Below are positions 48,284 through 57,266 of a stretch of DNA of 64,000 nt, in pieces (position 1 is the first letter of the stretch; each line of letters begins with the position of its first letter). A program made the translations under genes and the position numbers. The DNA is from Candidatus Latescibacterota bacterium (lineage in GTDB: Bacteria > Latescibacterota > UBA2968 > UBA8231), in the NCBI GenBank assembly GCA_965208105.1, contig OZ242318.1:3008001-3072000 (forward strand). Direction: 5' to 3'. The notes beneath the pieces were generated by a model. The model was not told the DNA's origin, ran no database searches, and saw only the letters and a program-made list of their open reading frames with translations.

Positions 48284-50014
48284 ATGAGTGAGCACCATCT
48301 CCTCATTTTCCTGCTTCAAGTCCTTCTGCTGCTCGGTCTGGCCCGCGGCTTCGGAGAAATCTTGCGCCGCCACGGCCATCCCCCCCTCGTCGGCGAGATC
48401 CTCATCGGCGTCTTCCTGGGACCTACTCTCCTGGGCAGGTTCCTTCCACAGGTTCAGAATTTCCTCTTTCCTCCTGACCCCATTCAGTGGGCAATGCTCG
48501 AAACGGTGTCCTGGTTCGGCGTGCTCTTCCTGTTGCTGGAGACCGGCCTTGAAGTAGATGTGTCTGCGGCCTGGCGCCAGCGCGGCCCGGCGCTGAGGAT
48601 CGGGATCATCGGGGTGATAATACCCCTGGTCCTGGGTTTCCTTCTCTCCTACCTGCTCCCCGACCGCTATCTCGCCGATCCGGATCAGCGGTTGATCTTC
48701 GCCCTGTTTCTGGGCACCACCATGGCCATAAGTGCCATGGTAATCATCGCCCGCGTGCTCCACGACCTGGATCTGGTAAAAAGCGATCTTGGACTCGTGA
48801 CCCTTTGCGGCTATGCGATAAATGACATCCTCGCCTGGGTGGTCTTCAGCCTGGTGCTCGCCATGGGAACCCAGGCCGTCCTGCACCTCAGTACCGTTGG
48901 CTTCCTCCTGGTATTTACCCTGGCCTTTACCTTCCTGTGTCTCACCTTGGGTCTGCGGGTGGTGGACCGCATCATCGCCTACATCGGCATGCAATTGCCC
49001 GGACACCCCGGCGCAGTCCTCAGCTTTGTCTGCTGCCTGGGGTTGTTGTGCGGAGCAGTGACGCAATGGATCGGGCTGACCGCGCTGTTCGGCTTCTTTA
49101 TCGCCGGCATCATGGCCGGAGAAGCGCGGGCCCTTTCCGAGCGCACGCGGCAGATAATCAGTCAGATGGTCCATGCCATCTTCGTTCCTCTCTACTTTGC
49201 CGGGATTGGCCTGCGACTCGATTTCCTGGCCAACTTCGATTTGCTGCTGGTGGTTTTCGTTACGGTGGTATCGATTGCCGGCAAGTTCCTCGGCGCCTGG
49301 GTCGGAGCCCTGGGACGAAGACTCTCAGGCCACGACCGGCTGTCCATCGCCATAGCTTTTACTCCGAGCGGTGTTACTGGAATCGTCGTTGCCGGAGTGG
49401 CGCTGGAGCACCAGATCCTTTCAACACCGGTGTTCGTGTCCATTGTCTTCTCGGCCATTATCTCGTCGCTGCTCGTCGCTCCGTGTTTGGCCTGGTCTAT
49501 TCGCCGGCGCCGGGAAGTGAATATCGTAGAGTTTTTCGCGCCTGGCGGGGTAATACCCGATCTGCTTGGCAGCACGCGATCAAAAGCAATCCTGGAGCTC
49601 TGTGCGGCGGGATCAGAGAGCGAAGGAATGCCCGACCTCGAGGTCCTGCATGCCGCGGTCAGCAACCGGGAACAACTGATGGGAACGGGAACGGGCAACC
49701 AGGTGGCCATGCCGCATGCTCGCCTGGAGATGCTGGATAGACCGGTCCTCGTTTTTGGCCGGTCTGCCGCCGGCATCGAGTGGAATGCCCCCGATGGCCT
49801 TCCTGTCCACCTGGTATTCCTGCTTCTCACGCCCGAGAGGGAAGAGGGATTGCAACTTCAGATACTCGCGGCACTTGCGCGCGGCATGAGCAATGCCGGA
49901 GCACGGGAGAAATTGCTGCGGGCCGAGAGCGAGGACCAGGTCTGGCATGCCCTGCAGGATGCTCTCAGTGCCCAGAATCTGGTTCGCGTAAAGGCCGGAA
50001 GCCATCCCGGGTGA
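48284..50014 (+). CDS. CPA2 cation:proton antiporter fused to a PTS EIIA(Ntr/Fru)-like domain
   Basis: GEILIGVFLGP, GLE.D, ND..AW and F.P.YF..IGL motifs; C-terminal RE....TG.G..VAMPHAR...GIEW.APDG.PV. Confidence 0.9.
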   Translation: MSEHHLLIFLLQVLLLLGLARGFGEILRRHGHPPLVGEILIGVFLGPTLLGRFLPQVQNFLFPPDPIQWAMLETVSWFGVLFLLLETGLEVDVSAAWRQRGPALRIGIIGVIIPLVLGFLLSYLLPDRYLADPDQRLIFALFLGTTMAISAMVIIARVLHDLDLVKSDLGLVTLCGYAINDILAWVVFSLVLAMGTQAVLHLSTVGFLLVFTLAFTFLCLTLGLRVVDRIIAYIGMQLPGHPGAVLSFVCCLGLLCGAVTQWIGLTALFGFFIAGIMAGEARALSERTRQIISQMVHAIFVPLYFAGIGLRLDFLANFDLLLVVFVTVVSIAGKFLGAWVGALGRRLSGHDRLSIAIAFTPSGVTGIVVAGVALEHQILSTPVFVSIVFSAIISSLLVAPCLAWSIRRRREVNIVEFFAPGGVIPDLLGSTRSKAILELCAAGSESEGMPDLEVLHAAVSNREQLMGTGTGNQVAMPHARLEMLDRPVLVFGRSAAGIEWNAPDGLPVHLVFLLLTPEREEGLQLQILAALARGMSNAGAREKLLRAESEDQVWHALQDALSAQNLVRVKAGSHPG

Positions 50015-50207
50015 ACATCGCCACGGGCGGCTCTTCGAAATTGTAAAGCCGTGGTTTTTGTTGTCGGGAAGCGCGCAATTGCCGGATTGATTTTGCTTGC
50101 AAGGTCGGGAAAAATCTCTTTCCTTCTCGATGGATGGCGAATGGAGAGTCACTGAGGATGCCTCGAAGATTGGGCAGTTGAACCCACGCTTGAACTGGGG
50201 GTATGCC

Positions 50208-50885
50208 ATGGCAATTATCACCGTTTCGCGGCAGATTGGCAGCGGTGGAGATCTGATCGCCCGAAAGGTAGCCGAAAAATTGGGTTATGAGTACGTCGAC
50301 CACCGGCTGGTGAAAGAGATCGCTGAAATTACCGATACCACGCCCGATGAAGTCGAACAGTTCGACGAGAAGGCGGAGGGACGCATCCAGTTCTTTTTGA
50401 AACGCCTGCTGGTACCTGAAATCGGACCGGGAGGCTTCCCCTTGTCCTCGGCGGCTTATTTCCCCGAATTCGGGCTGGAATTTCCCTATGTAACAGAACG
50501 CGATTCCAGTGAGGAAACGTCCTACATAGACCGGGGTACTTACCAGCTGCTGATTACTACCTTGGTGCAGGAATTTGGCGACACCGGCAGCACCGTCATC
50601 GTAGGGCGCGCCAGTCAGATCATCCTGGCCGATCACTCCCAGGCTCTTCACGTCAGGATCATTGCTCCTTTCGAGACCAGGTGCGAGCGAATAATGGAGG
50701 CGCACGAGGTGGACTTTGAGAGCGCAAAAGATCTTGTGCAGCAGCACGACCGCTGGCGCAAGCTCTACTTGCGCAATTACCACAATTCTGACTGGGACGA
50801 TCCCCTACTCTACCACCTGACCATTAACTCGGGCAAACTGAAAATCGAGGACGCCGTCGATCTGATGGCGCATTTAGTCGATTAG
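50208..50885 (+). CDS. Cytidylate kinase-like family protein
   Basis: IITVSRQIGSGG, VIVGR and D..R..Y...Y...W.DP..YHL.IN motifs. Confidence 0.85.
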   Translation: MAIITVSRQIGSGGDLIARKVAEKLGYEYVDHRLVKEIAEITDTTPDEVEQFDEKAEGRIQFFLKRLLVPEIGPGGFPLSSAAYFPEFGLEFPYVTERDSSEETSYIDRGTYQLLITTLVQEFGDTGSTVIVGRASQIILADHSQALHVRIIAPFETRCERIMEAHEVDFESAKDLVQQHDRWRKLYLRNYHNSDWDDPLLYHLTINSGKLKIEDAVDLMAHLVD

Positions 50886-50943
50886 ATCGTCAGCACGTTT
50901 CCGTTCTTTGAGTTGAGCGACGGCCACGAAGAGGAGGAACCGC

Positions 50944-51465
50944 ATGAGAACTGCAGAAGACATCATCCGGGAAAAGAACAGAGAAATTCTCTCGGTCAGC
51001 GCCGACACGCTCATCCACGAGGCGTTGCAGGTAATGGTTGAGCACAAGGTCGGTGCCATAATGATCGAGGAGAATAATAAGATAATCGGCGTCTGGACGG
51101 AGCGCGATCTCATGCGCAACACCCTTGACGAGGGGTTCGATCCGAAATCCGCAGCGGTAGGGAACTACATGGTTACCAAACTTCACTCCGCACCCCATAC
51201 CGATTCTGTTTACAACCTGATGGACAAATTTCTGGGTCTTCGCGTCCGCCACCTTCCCATCGAAAAGCATGGTGAATACATTGGCCTGCTCTCCATTGGC
51301 GATGTCATAAGGGCAAATCTCTACGAAAAGACCCGGGAACTCGAGGCCCTCAACGCCGTGGTCGGCTGGGAGTATTACGAACAGTGGAATTGGACCTCCC
51401 TGGTGCAGGCCCAGGAGCAGGCTGCCAGGGAACTGGCCCGGCCCAAGGACGAAATCACCACGTAG
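50944..51465 (+). CDS. CBS domain pair protein
   Basis: M....VGA...GVWTERD and RHLP...GLLSIGDV motifs. Confidence 0.88.
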   Translation: MRTAEDIIREKNREILSVSADTLIHEALQVMVEHKVGAIMIEENNKIIGVWTERDLMRNTLDEGFDPKSAAVGNYMVTKLHSAPHTDSVYNLMDKFLGLRVRHLPIEKHGEYIGLLSIGDVIRANLYEKTRELEALNAVVGWEYYEQWNWTSLVQAQEQAARELARPKDEITT

Positions 51466-51495
51466 TCACGTAGTATCCAGGTACATTCTTCAATC

Positions 51496-52476
51496 ATGCC
51501 CAGACCCCGAGTCCTCGTTACCGTCCACGTGGAATTCGCAGGAGAAAAGCCGGCTATCGCCCTGCTCGAAGAGGCCGGTCTGAATGCGGTGCACGACTAC
51601 GGGGGACCCCACTGGGATGACGAGAGAACCCTGAGCAAACTTGCCGGTTGCGAGGCCATCCTGGCCGGGAACGAAAACTTCAACGCCTACACCCTGGGAA
51701 AAGCGGACCGGCTGAGGATCATCGCGCGCAACGGCGTCGGCTACGACCGGGTAGACCTCGAGGCCTGTACTGAGCGCGGCATCATGGTCGCCAATACACC
51801 GGGGGTAATGGCGGACGCCGTGGCCGATCAGGCATTTGCTTTGATTCTGGCCCTGGTGCGCCATATCGTTTCGGGCGACCGCAATGTCAAAGCCGAAAGA
51901 TACCAGGTGGCGGTGGGAGAAGACCTGGCTGCCTTGTGCCTCGGTTTGTTGGGATGTGGACGTATCGGCACAGAGGTAGCCCGAAGGGCTGCGGGCTTCA
52001 AGATGCGCACGCTGGTGTGCGATCCCTGGGTGGATGCAGCGGAAATTGCTGCGCTGGGCGCCACTTCCGTATCACTGGACCAGCTTCTGCAACAGTCGGA
52101 CGTCGTCAGTCTTCATGTCCCCCTTACAAAGGATAATCAAGGCATGGTCAACGCCGATTTCCTCTCGCGCATGCGGCCTGGATCTTTCCTGATCAACACT
52201 GCCAGGGGAAAATTGGTGGAGGAAGGGGCCCTGATCGAGGCGCTGCAGAGCGGCCGACTGGCAGGAGCCGGCCTGGATTGTCAGGCGACCGAACCTCCTC
52301 AGGGTGTTTCCCTGGATCTGGTGCGGCTCGATAATGTCGTTGCCATGCCCCACTCTTCTTCCAACACCAACGCCGCTCGCAAGGCAATGGGGATGATGGC
52401 CGCTAGAGAAATCATCGCCTGTCTGGAGGGAAGGGTTCCTCCCCATGTGCTCAACAGGGAGGTCCTCGGTGGTTGA
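51496..52476 (+). CDS. D-isomer-specific 2-hydroxyacid dehydrogenase (SerA-like)
   Basis: ARNGVGYD, G.GRIG, INTARG, GAGLD...EP and PH motifs. Confidence 0.88.
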   Translation: MPRPRVLVTVHVEFAGEKPAIALLEEAGLNAVHDYGGPHWDDERTLSKLAGCEAILAGNENFNAYTLGKADRLRIIARNGVGYDRVDLEACTERGIMVANTPGVMADAVADQAFALILALVRHIVSGDRNVKAERYQVAVGEDLAALCLGLLGCGRIGTEVARRAAGFKMRTLVCDPWVDAAEIAALGATSVSLDQLLQQSDVVSLHVPLTKDNQGMVNADFLSRMRPGSFLINTARGKLVEEGALIEALQSGRLAGAGLDCQATEPPQGVSLDLVRLDNVVAMPHSSSNTNAARKAMGMMAAREIIACLEGRVPPHVLNREVLGG

Positions 52477-52477
52477 G

Positions 52478-53329
52478 GTGAAGAGTCGGCCAGAGGACGG
52501 ACGCCTCGCCCAATACATCGAGCAAGGCTACACGGTATTTGAAAGCGCATACGACGAGGAAACAATGCGGGCATGGCGCCGGGAACTTCTGCGGCTCGAG
52601 GCCTCCTCTCCGGGAATCCATGCGCAGGGACGGAGTTGGTGGTTCGGCAATATGCTGGAACGGGCGCCGGCATTGATGTGGCCGGCGGTGTCCAACCCGG
52701 TTATCCTCGACTTTGCCGAGCAGATAGTCGGCCCCTTTGTCCAACTCGATAATCTCACCCTGGCGGCCTTCCCGTCGGTGCCCGAGGAGGAAGCCCGGGG
52801 CCGGGTCAGCGGATGGCACCGGGACCGGTGGGCACACATGCCTGCCGGGAACTACGAACGCCCCACGGCACTCAACGCGATCTGCTATCTCCAGGATCTG
52901 ACGGAAGAGTACGGGCCGCTGAGGGTGGTCCCGAAGTCACACATGCAGCCAGTTTCCATTGACGAGGATGCCAGGTATATGCCCCATGCCGGGGAAGCGC
53001 TGATATTCGCCCGGGCTGGGGATATAGTTCTAACGCACAATGGGTTGCTTCACTCGGGTACGCCTAACGTGTCCGGGGAGCGCCGGTTTTTTTTCAGTAT
53101 CTTCTACAATCTGTCCTGGCTCAAGCACACCGACGTTTTTGACGGCCCGAACTGCCGTCAGCTGATCAGCTGGGCAAAGCAGCACAAAGACCACCGCTCC
53201 CTGCGGTTGCTGGGAGTGGACGAGCATCTCCAGGCCCGTGCAAACAGTGGTTTCCAGGAATCCGACGAGGTGCGCTGGGGAAAATGGGCTGCTGAGGACC
53301 GGGAAGCCCTGGTTGAACCGGGGGAATGA
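52478..53329 (+). CDS. Fe(II)/2-oxoglutarate dioxygenase (PhyH family)
   Basis: WHRD, L.VVPKSH and AGD...H..L.HSG..N.S...R motifs. Confidence 0.85.
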   Translation: MKSRPEDGRLAQYIEQGYTVFESAYDEETMRAWRRELLRLEASSPGIHAQGRSWWFGNMLERAPALMWPAVSNPVILDFAEQIVGPFVQLDNLTLAAFPSVPEEEARGRVSGWHRDRWAHMPAGNYERPTALNAICYLQDLTEEYGPLRVVPKSHMQPVSIDEDARYMPHAGEALIFARAGDIVLTHNGLLHSGTPNVSGERRFFFSIFYNLSWLKHTDVFDGPNCRQLISWAKQHKDHRSLRLLGVDEHLQARANSGFQESDEVRWGKWAAEDREALVEPGE

Positions 53330-53460
53330 CCCCGCCCGGCAGGATTTCCTTTGCCATCTCCATACTGTCTTGCGGTGGGGTACTCCCTCCCCGGTTGCGA
53401 TCCCTCTTACTGGTCCTGCCTGCGGCAATTCTTTATCTTGCAGGGAAGGAGAGCAGCTTT

Positions 53461-53916
53461 GTGAAGGCAACGTCCCCTCCTGGACAGTTTGAACCGGTCG
53501 AGCCCGCCATGCTCCACTGGACGATTCATCCCCTCGCCGAGGAACCGCGAGTCAAATCGATTCTGCTGGCCGCCCTCATAATTGGTCTCCCCATCGGGGC
53601 GGTCTTCAGTTTCGATGGCCTGATCCATGGCGTGATCTCCCTGGCAGTGCTCGCCGCTTCCCTGTCCCGCTACTTTCTGCCCACTAGCATCACTCTGGAT
53701 CCTGAAGGGGTCCATACTTCACATTTGGGATGGCGGCGGCAGCGTTCCTGGACGGAGTTCCGCCGGGTGGACGTCCACGAGGACGGTGTCTTCCTCAGCC
53801 CATTTGCCCGTTCCAGCCGCATGGATCCATTCAGAGGGTATTTTCTGACCTTCAGGAGCAACCGCAACCAGGTCACTCGCTTTGTGGAGGAATATGTCTC
53901 GCAAGGAGCGCCTTAG
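53461..53916 (+). CDS. Hypothetical protein with two TM helices and a bacterial PH-like beta domain; first gene of the GlmL-like operon
   Basis: W..HP, two TM helices, then YFLPT.I.LD.EGV...W..FRRV...GVFLSPF..SRMD.FRG. GTG start behind an AGGAG-like RBS; the start could instead be 53326. Confidence 0.65.
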   Translation: MKATSPPGQFEPVEPAMLHWTIHPLAEEPRVKSILLAALIIGLPIGAVFSFDGLIHGVISLAVLAASLSRYFLPTSITLDPEGVHTSHLGWRRQRSWTEFRRVDVHEDGVFLSPFARSSRMDPFRGYFLTFRSNRNQVTRFVEEYVSQGAP

Positions 53917-54226
53917 AGCGTGGTGGGCGCACGCCTTTGCCACTGAGAGCCGGGAGGAATTCGCCTCCGCCGACCGCCAACTGGTGGAGCGCCTTGCCCG
54001 GTTCGTGGTGCGGCGGCGCATGACCGTGCCGGTGCTCATGGTCCTGGAAACCGGCAGACCGCTGAATTTCATCGGCAGTCAGTTCCTGGCTTTTTTGGCG
54101 CCCTTCCTCACCTTGATCTTCTCGCAAACCGAATACGATCGCTTCGTCAGGCTCCTGGACAAGCGCAAGAGCGTAGACCTGATCATCGATGCCATCGTCG
54201 AAGGGGAAAACGGCCTCCGTGGATAA
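53894..54226 (+). CDS. Conserved hypothetical small helical protein (110 aa)
   Basis: GGAGGA RBS; A..VV.R.M.VP....LE..RPLNFIGSQ...F..P motif; overlaps both neighbours. Confidence 0.75.
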   Translation: MSRKERLRAWWAHAFATESREEFASADRQLVERLARFVVRRRMTVPVLMVLETGRPLNFIGSQFLAFLAPFLTLIFSQTEYDRFVRLLDKRKSVDLIIDAIVEGENGLRG

Positions 54227-56030
54227 CTTGAACGTGGTCATCGCCACCGACTGTGGCAGCACCACCACCAAAGCGATTCTGATTGAGAAGAAGGGAGATA
54301 CCTATCGCCAGACATTTCGCGGTGAGGCGCCGACGACGGTGGAGGCGCCCTTCGAGGACGTAACCCGGGGGGTGCTCAATGCCATCCAGGAGGTGGAAGA
54401 ATTATCGGGTCGGAAGATCCTCGAAGGAGAGCACATCATCACGCCTGCGGTGGGGGGCGAGGGGGTGGACATCTATATCTCCACCAGCAGTGCCGGAGGT
54501 GGATTGCAGATGATGGTCACCGGCGTGGTGCAGTCGATGACTGCCGAGAGTGCGCAGCGTTGCGCATTGGGTGCCGGAGCCATCGTGATGGACGTCCTGG
54601 CTTCCAACGACGGACGGCTGCCCCACCAGAAGATCGAGCGCATTCGACAACTGCGGCCCGACATGGTCCTGCTTTCGGGAGGCACGGACGGCGGCACCGT
54701 AAGCCACGTTGTGGAACTGGCCGAATTCATAGCCGCGGCGGATCCGAAGCCCCGGTTCGGGTCCAGTTTCAAACTGCCGGTAATCTACGCCGGCAACCGC
54801 GAAGCCCGCGATGAGGTAGCCCTTAGCCTGGGAGAAAAAGTTGACCTGACCCAGACCGACAATATTCGACCCGTGCTCGAGGAGGAAAATCTTGGGCCGG
54901 CGCGGAAGGTGATCCACGACCTCTTCCTCGAGCACGTAATGGCCCAGGCGCCTGGATACCGCAAGTTGATGGAGTGGCCCGGCGCTCCTATCATGCCCAC
55001 TCCCGCTGCCGTGGGCCAGATAATCCAGACCGTTTCCAGGAGGCAGGGGATCGACGTTCTCGGAGTAGACATCGGCGGCGCCACCACCGATGTGTTCAGT
55101 GTGTTCGGCGAGGTTTTCAACCGCACGGTGAGCGCCAACCTGGGCATGTCCTACAGTATCTCGAATGTACTGGCCGAGGCTGGGCTCGACGATGTATTGC
55201 GCTGGGTGCCTTTCCGGATCGAAGAATCCGACCTGCGCGACCGAATCAAGAACAAGATGATTCGGCCCACCACGATCCCCCAGGTCATGGAGGAGCTCCA
55301 GATAGAGCATGCCATCGCCCGAGAGGCACTTCGTCTCGCCTTTGCCCAGCACCTCGATCTCGCCGTGGGTCTGAAAGGGGTGCAGACAGAGCGCACCTTG
55401 TCCGATGTATTCGAGCAGAGCGGCGGCGGAGAAAGCCTGATCCGTATGATGGATCTCGACCTTCTGGTCGGCAGCGGGGGCGTACTGTCCCATGCTCCCA
55501 GGCGCGCTCAGGCCGCCTCCATGCTGATTGATGCGTTCCAACCCCAGGGCGTGACCCGTCTGGCGGTGGACAGCATCTTCATGATGCCCCATCTCGGGGT
55601 TCTATCCACCGTCGACGAAAAGGCTGCCTCGGATGTATTCGAGTGCGACTGCCTGATATACCTGGGTACCTGCGTGGCGCCTGTGAGACGCGGCAAGGCA
55701 GGTGATGTGTGCGCCTCCTACGAGGTTGTCCTGCCGGATGGGAAGGAGCGCGGAGAACTGCGCCTCGGCGACCTTCGCCGTTACCATCTGCCCGCGGATT
55801 CCGAGGCCCAGGTCGTGGTGCGGCCGGAGCGCGGTTGGGATGCGGGTGCGGGTCCGGGGCAGGAGCTGCAGACCACCGCGAAGGGGGGCGTTGCGGGGCT
55901 TATTCTGGACGGTCGCGGACGGCCCATTCGATTCGCCCGGGAAGAGGACGAGCGATCGGCGCAGATTGCGGATTGGAACCGGACCCTGGATCTGTACAAC
56001 GAGCTTCACGCCCCTCTCGCCGAAGGGTAA
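54219..56030 (+). CDS. glmL: GlmL/MutL-like (glutamate mutase accessory family) ASKHA-fold ATPase, 603 aa
   Basis: Phosphate-1 TDCGSTTTK, SSAGGGL, LLSGGTDGG, phosphate-2 VDIGGATTDVFS, RTVSANLGMSYS and adenosine GSGGVLSH motifs; extra C-terminal domain ending GG..GLILDGRGRP. Confidence 0.85.
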   Translation: MDNLNVVIATDCGSTTTKAILIEKKGDTYRQTFRGEAPTTVEAPFEDVTRGVLNAIQEVEELSGRKILEGEHIITPAVGGEGVDIYISTSSAGGGLQMMVTGVVQSMTAESAQRCALGAGAIVMDVLASNDGRLPHQKIERIRQLRPDMVLLSGGTDGGTVSHVVELAEFIAAADPKPRFGSSFKLPVIYAGNREARDEVALSLGEKVDLTQTDNIRPVLEEENLGPARKVIHDLFLEHVMAQAPGYRKLMEWPGAPIMPTPAAVGQIIQTVSRRQGIDVLGVDIGGATTDVFSVFGEVFNRTVSANLGMSYSISNVLAEAGLDDVLRWVPFRIEESDLRDRIKNKMIRPTTIPQVMEELQIEHAIAREALRLAFAQHLDLAVGLKGVQTERTLSDVFEQSGGGESLIRMMDLDLLVGSGGVLSHAPRRAQAASMLIDAFQPQGVTRLAVDSIFMMPHLGVLSTVDEKAASDVFECDCLIYLGTCVAPVRRGKAGDVCASYEVVLPDGKERGELRLGDLRRYHLPADSEAQVVVRPERGWDAGAGPGQELQTTAKGGVAGLILDGRGRPIRFAREEDERSAQIADWNRTLDLYNELHAPLAEG

Positions 56031-56055
56031 CTTTTCCAGCGAAGAAATCGACGAT

Positions 56056-57183
56056 ATGGCCCATGCCTATACACCCGGCTTGCGGGTGACTCCCTGGACC
56101 ACGATCCAAAGACAACGCCGCCTTCCACTGAAGGGAAATGTGCTCGTCGAAACAGGCGCTCAAGTGCGCCGCGACGAGATTGTGGCCAGGACGGAACTTC
56201 CGGGCAACGTCACCGCCCTGAACCTGGTGAATCGCCTCGGTGTAACGCCTGAAGAACTTCCTGGGTACATGATCGCAGGCCAGGGAGACTCCATCGAGGC
56301 AGGTGACCCCATCGCGGCCACCAGGCCCCTTATCAAGTGGTTCAAAACGACGATTGAATCCCCGGTCAGCGGCACTGTGGAGAGCATATCTTCGGTGACA
56401 GGCCAGGTCATTCTGCGCCAGCGCCCCAGGCCCGTCGAAGTTCTCGCCTACGTCGATGGCGTTGTGGTCGAGGTGTTCCCCGAAGAAGGGGTTCTCGTGG
56501 AGACGAGCGGTGCTTTTGTGCAGGGGATCTTCGGGGTTGGGGGCGAATGCTGGGGGCCTCTGCACCTGGTTGCGTCGGCGCCGGATGAGACGCTGGAGGC
56601 CGCAAATATCGGCGCGGAGTGCAGGGGCAAAATTGTCGTGGGTGGAGGTATGGTAACCAGCGGCGCCCTTGCCCGCGCCCGTGAGGTAGGCGCGGCGGGG
56701 GTAATCGGGGGTGGAATCCGCGACCAGGACCTGCGCGACCTCCTGGGCTACGATTTGGGGGTGGCCATCACAGGCGCTGAAGAATTCGGCCTGACGGTTA
56801 TCGTTACCGAGGGGTTCGGGGATATTGCCATGGCCCGTAAAACCTTTGATATCCTGCAAGCCTGTTGCGGACAGGAGGCCTCGATTTCCGGTGCTACCCA
56901 GATTCGCGCCGGGGTCGTGCGCCCGGAAATCATTGTGCCCGAACGCCGGGAAGCGGGGGATGCGGATGAAAGGTCCGGGCAAAAGGAGAAGGGCATTCAG
57001 AAGGGCGATTTCCTGCGGGTGATCCGGGCGCCCGACTTCGGCCGGATTGGACGCGTTTGCTCCCTGCCTGCCGAACTGGTGGAAGTGGGGTCCGGAGCGA
57101 GAGTCCGGGTGCTGGGAATGGAGTTCGAAGACGGTTCCCGTCTCCTGGTCCCGCGGGCCAACGTCGAGGCGATCGAAGGATGA
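56056..57183 (+). CDS. Conserved hypothetical soluble protein (barrel-sandwich-hybrid repeats, swiveling-like domain, KOW-like C-terminus)
   Basis: MAHAYTPGL start; VLVETGAQV...IVA and GQGDSIEAGDPIA...SPVSGTVESI; GKIVVGGG...A..VGAAGVIGGG; KGDFLRVIRAP.FGRIGRV...VPRANVE. Confidence 0.8.
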   Translation: MAHAYTPGLRVTPWTTIQRQRRLPLKGNVLVETGAQVRRDEIVARTELPGNVTALNLVNRLGVTPEELPGYMIAGQGDSIEAGDPIAATRPLIKWFKTTIESPVSGTVESISSVTGQVILRQRPRPVEVLAYVDGVVVEVFPEEGVLVETSGAFVQGIFGVGGECWGPLHLVASAPDETLEAANIGAECRGKIVVGGGMVTSGALARAREVGAAGVIGGGIRDQDLRDLLGYDLGVAITGAEEFGLTVIVTEGFGDIAMARKTFDILQACCGQEASISGATQIRAGVVRPEIIVPERREAGDADERSGQKEKGIQKGDFLRVIRAPDFGRIGRVCSLPAELVEVGSGARVRVLGMEFEDGSRLLVPRANVEAIEG

Positions 57184-57266
57184 GAACCGGCTGGGAAGCG
57201 GCGACGCGCCCATGGCGCGACCGGCGCGGACTATTCCGGCATTCACGGTAGAAAGAAAGCTTGATC

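Noticed and set aside
54219-56030. Calling the locus a glutamate/methylaspartate mutase operon (or mismatch-repair mutL)
   Set aside because: No mutase E or S subunit or B12-binding domain in the window; the protein has ASKHA motifs, not the GHKL motifs of DNA-repair MutL.
57181-57265. Sec read-through of the TGA ending the 375-aa gene, with the downstream CGCGCC-CAT-GGCGCG hairpin as a SECIS
   Set aside because: The protein ends naturally after the VPRANVE motif, the extension is short and featureless, and the hairpin is distant from the TGA and unlike a bacterial SECIS.
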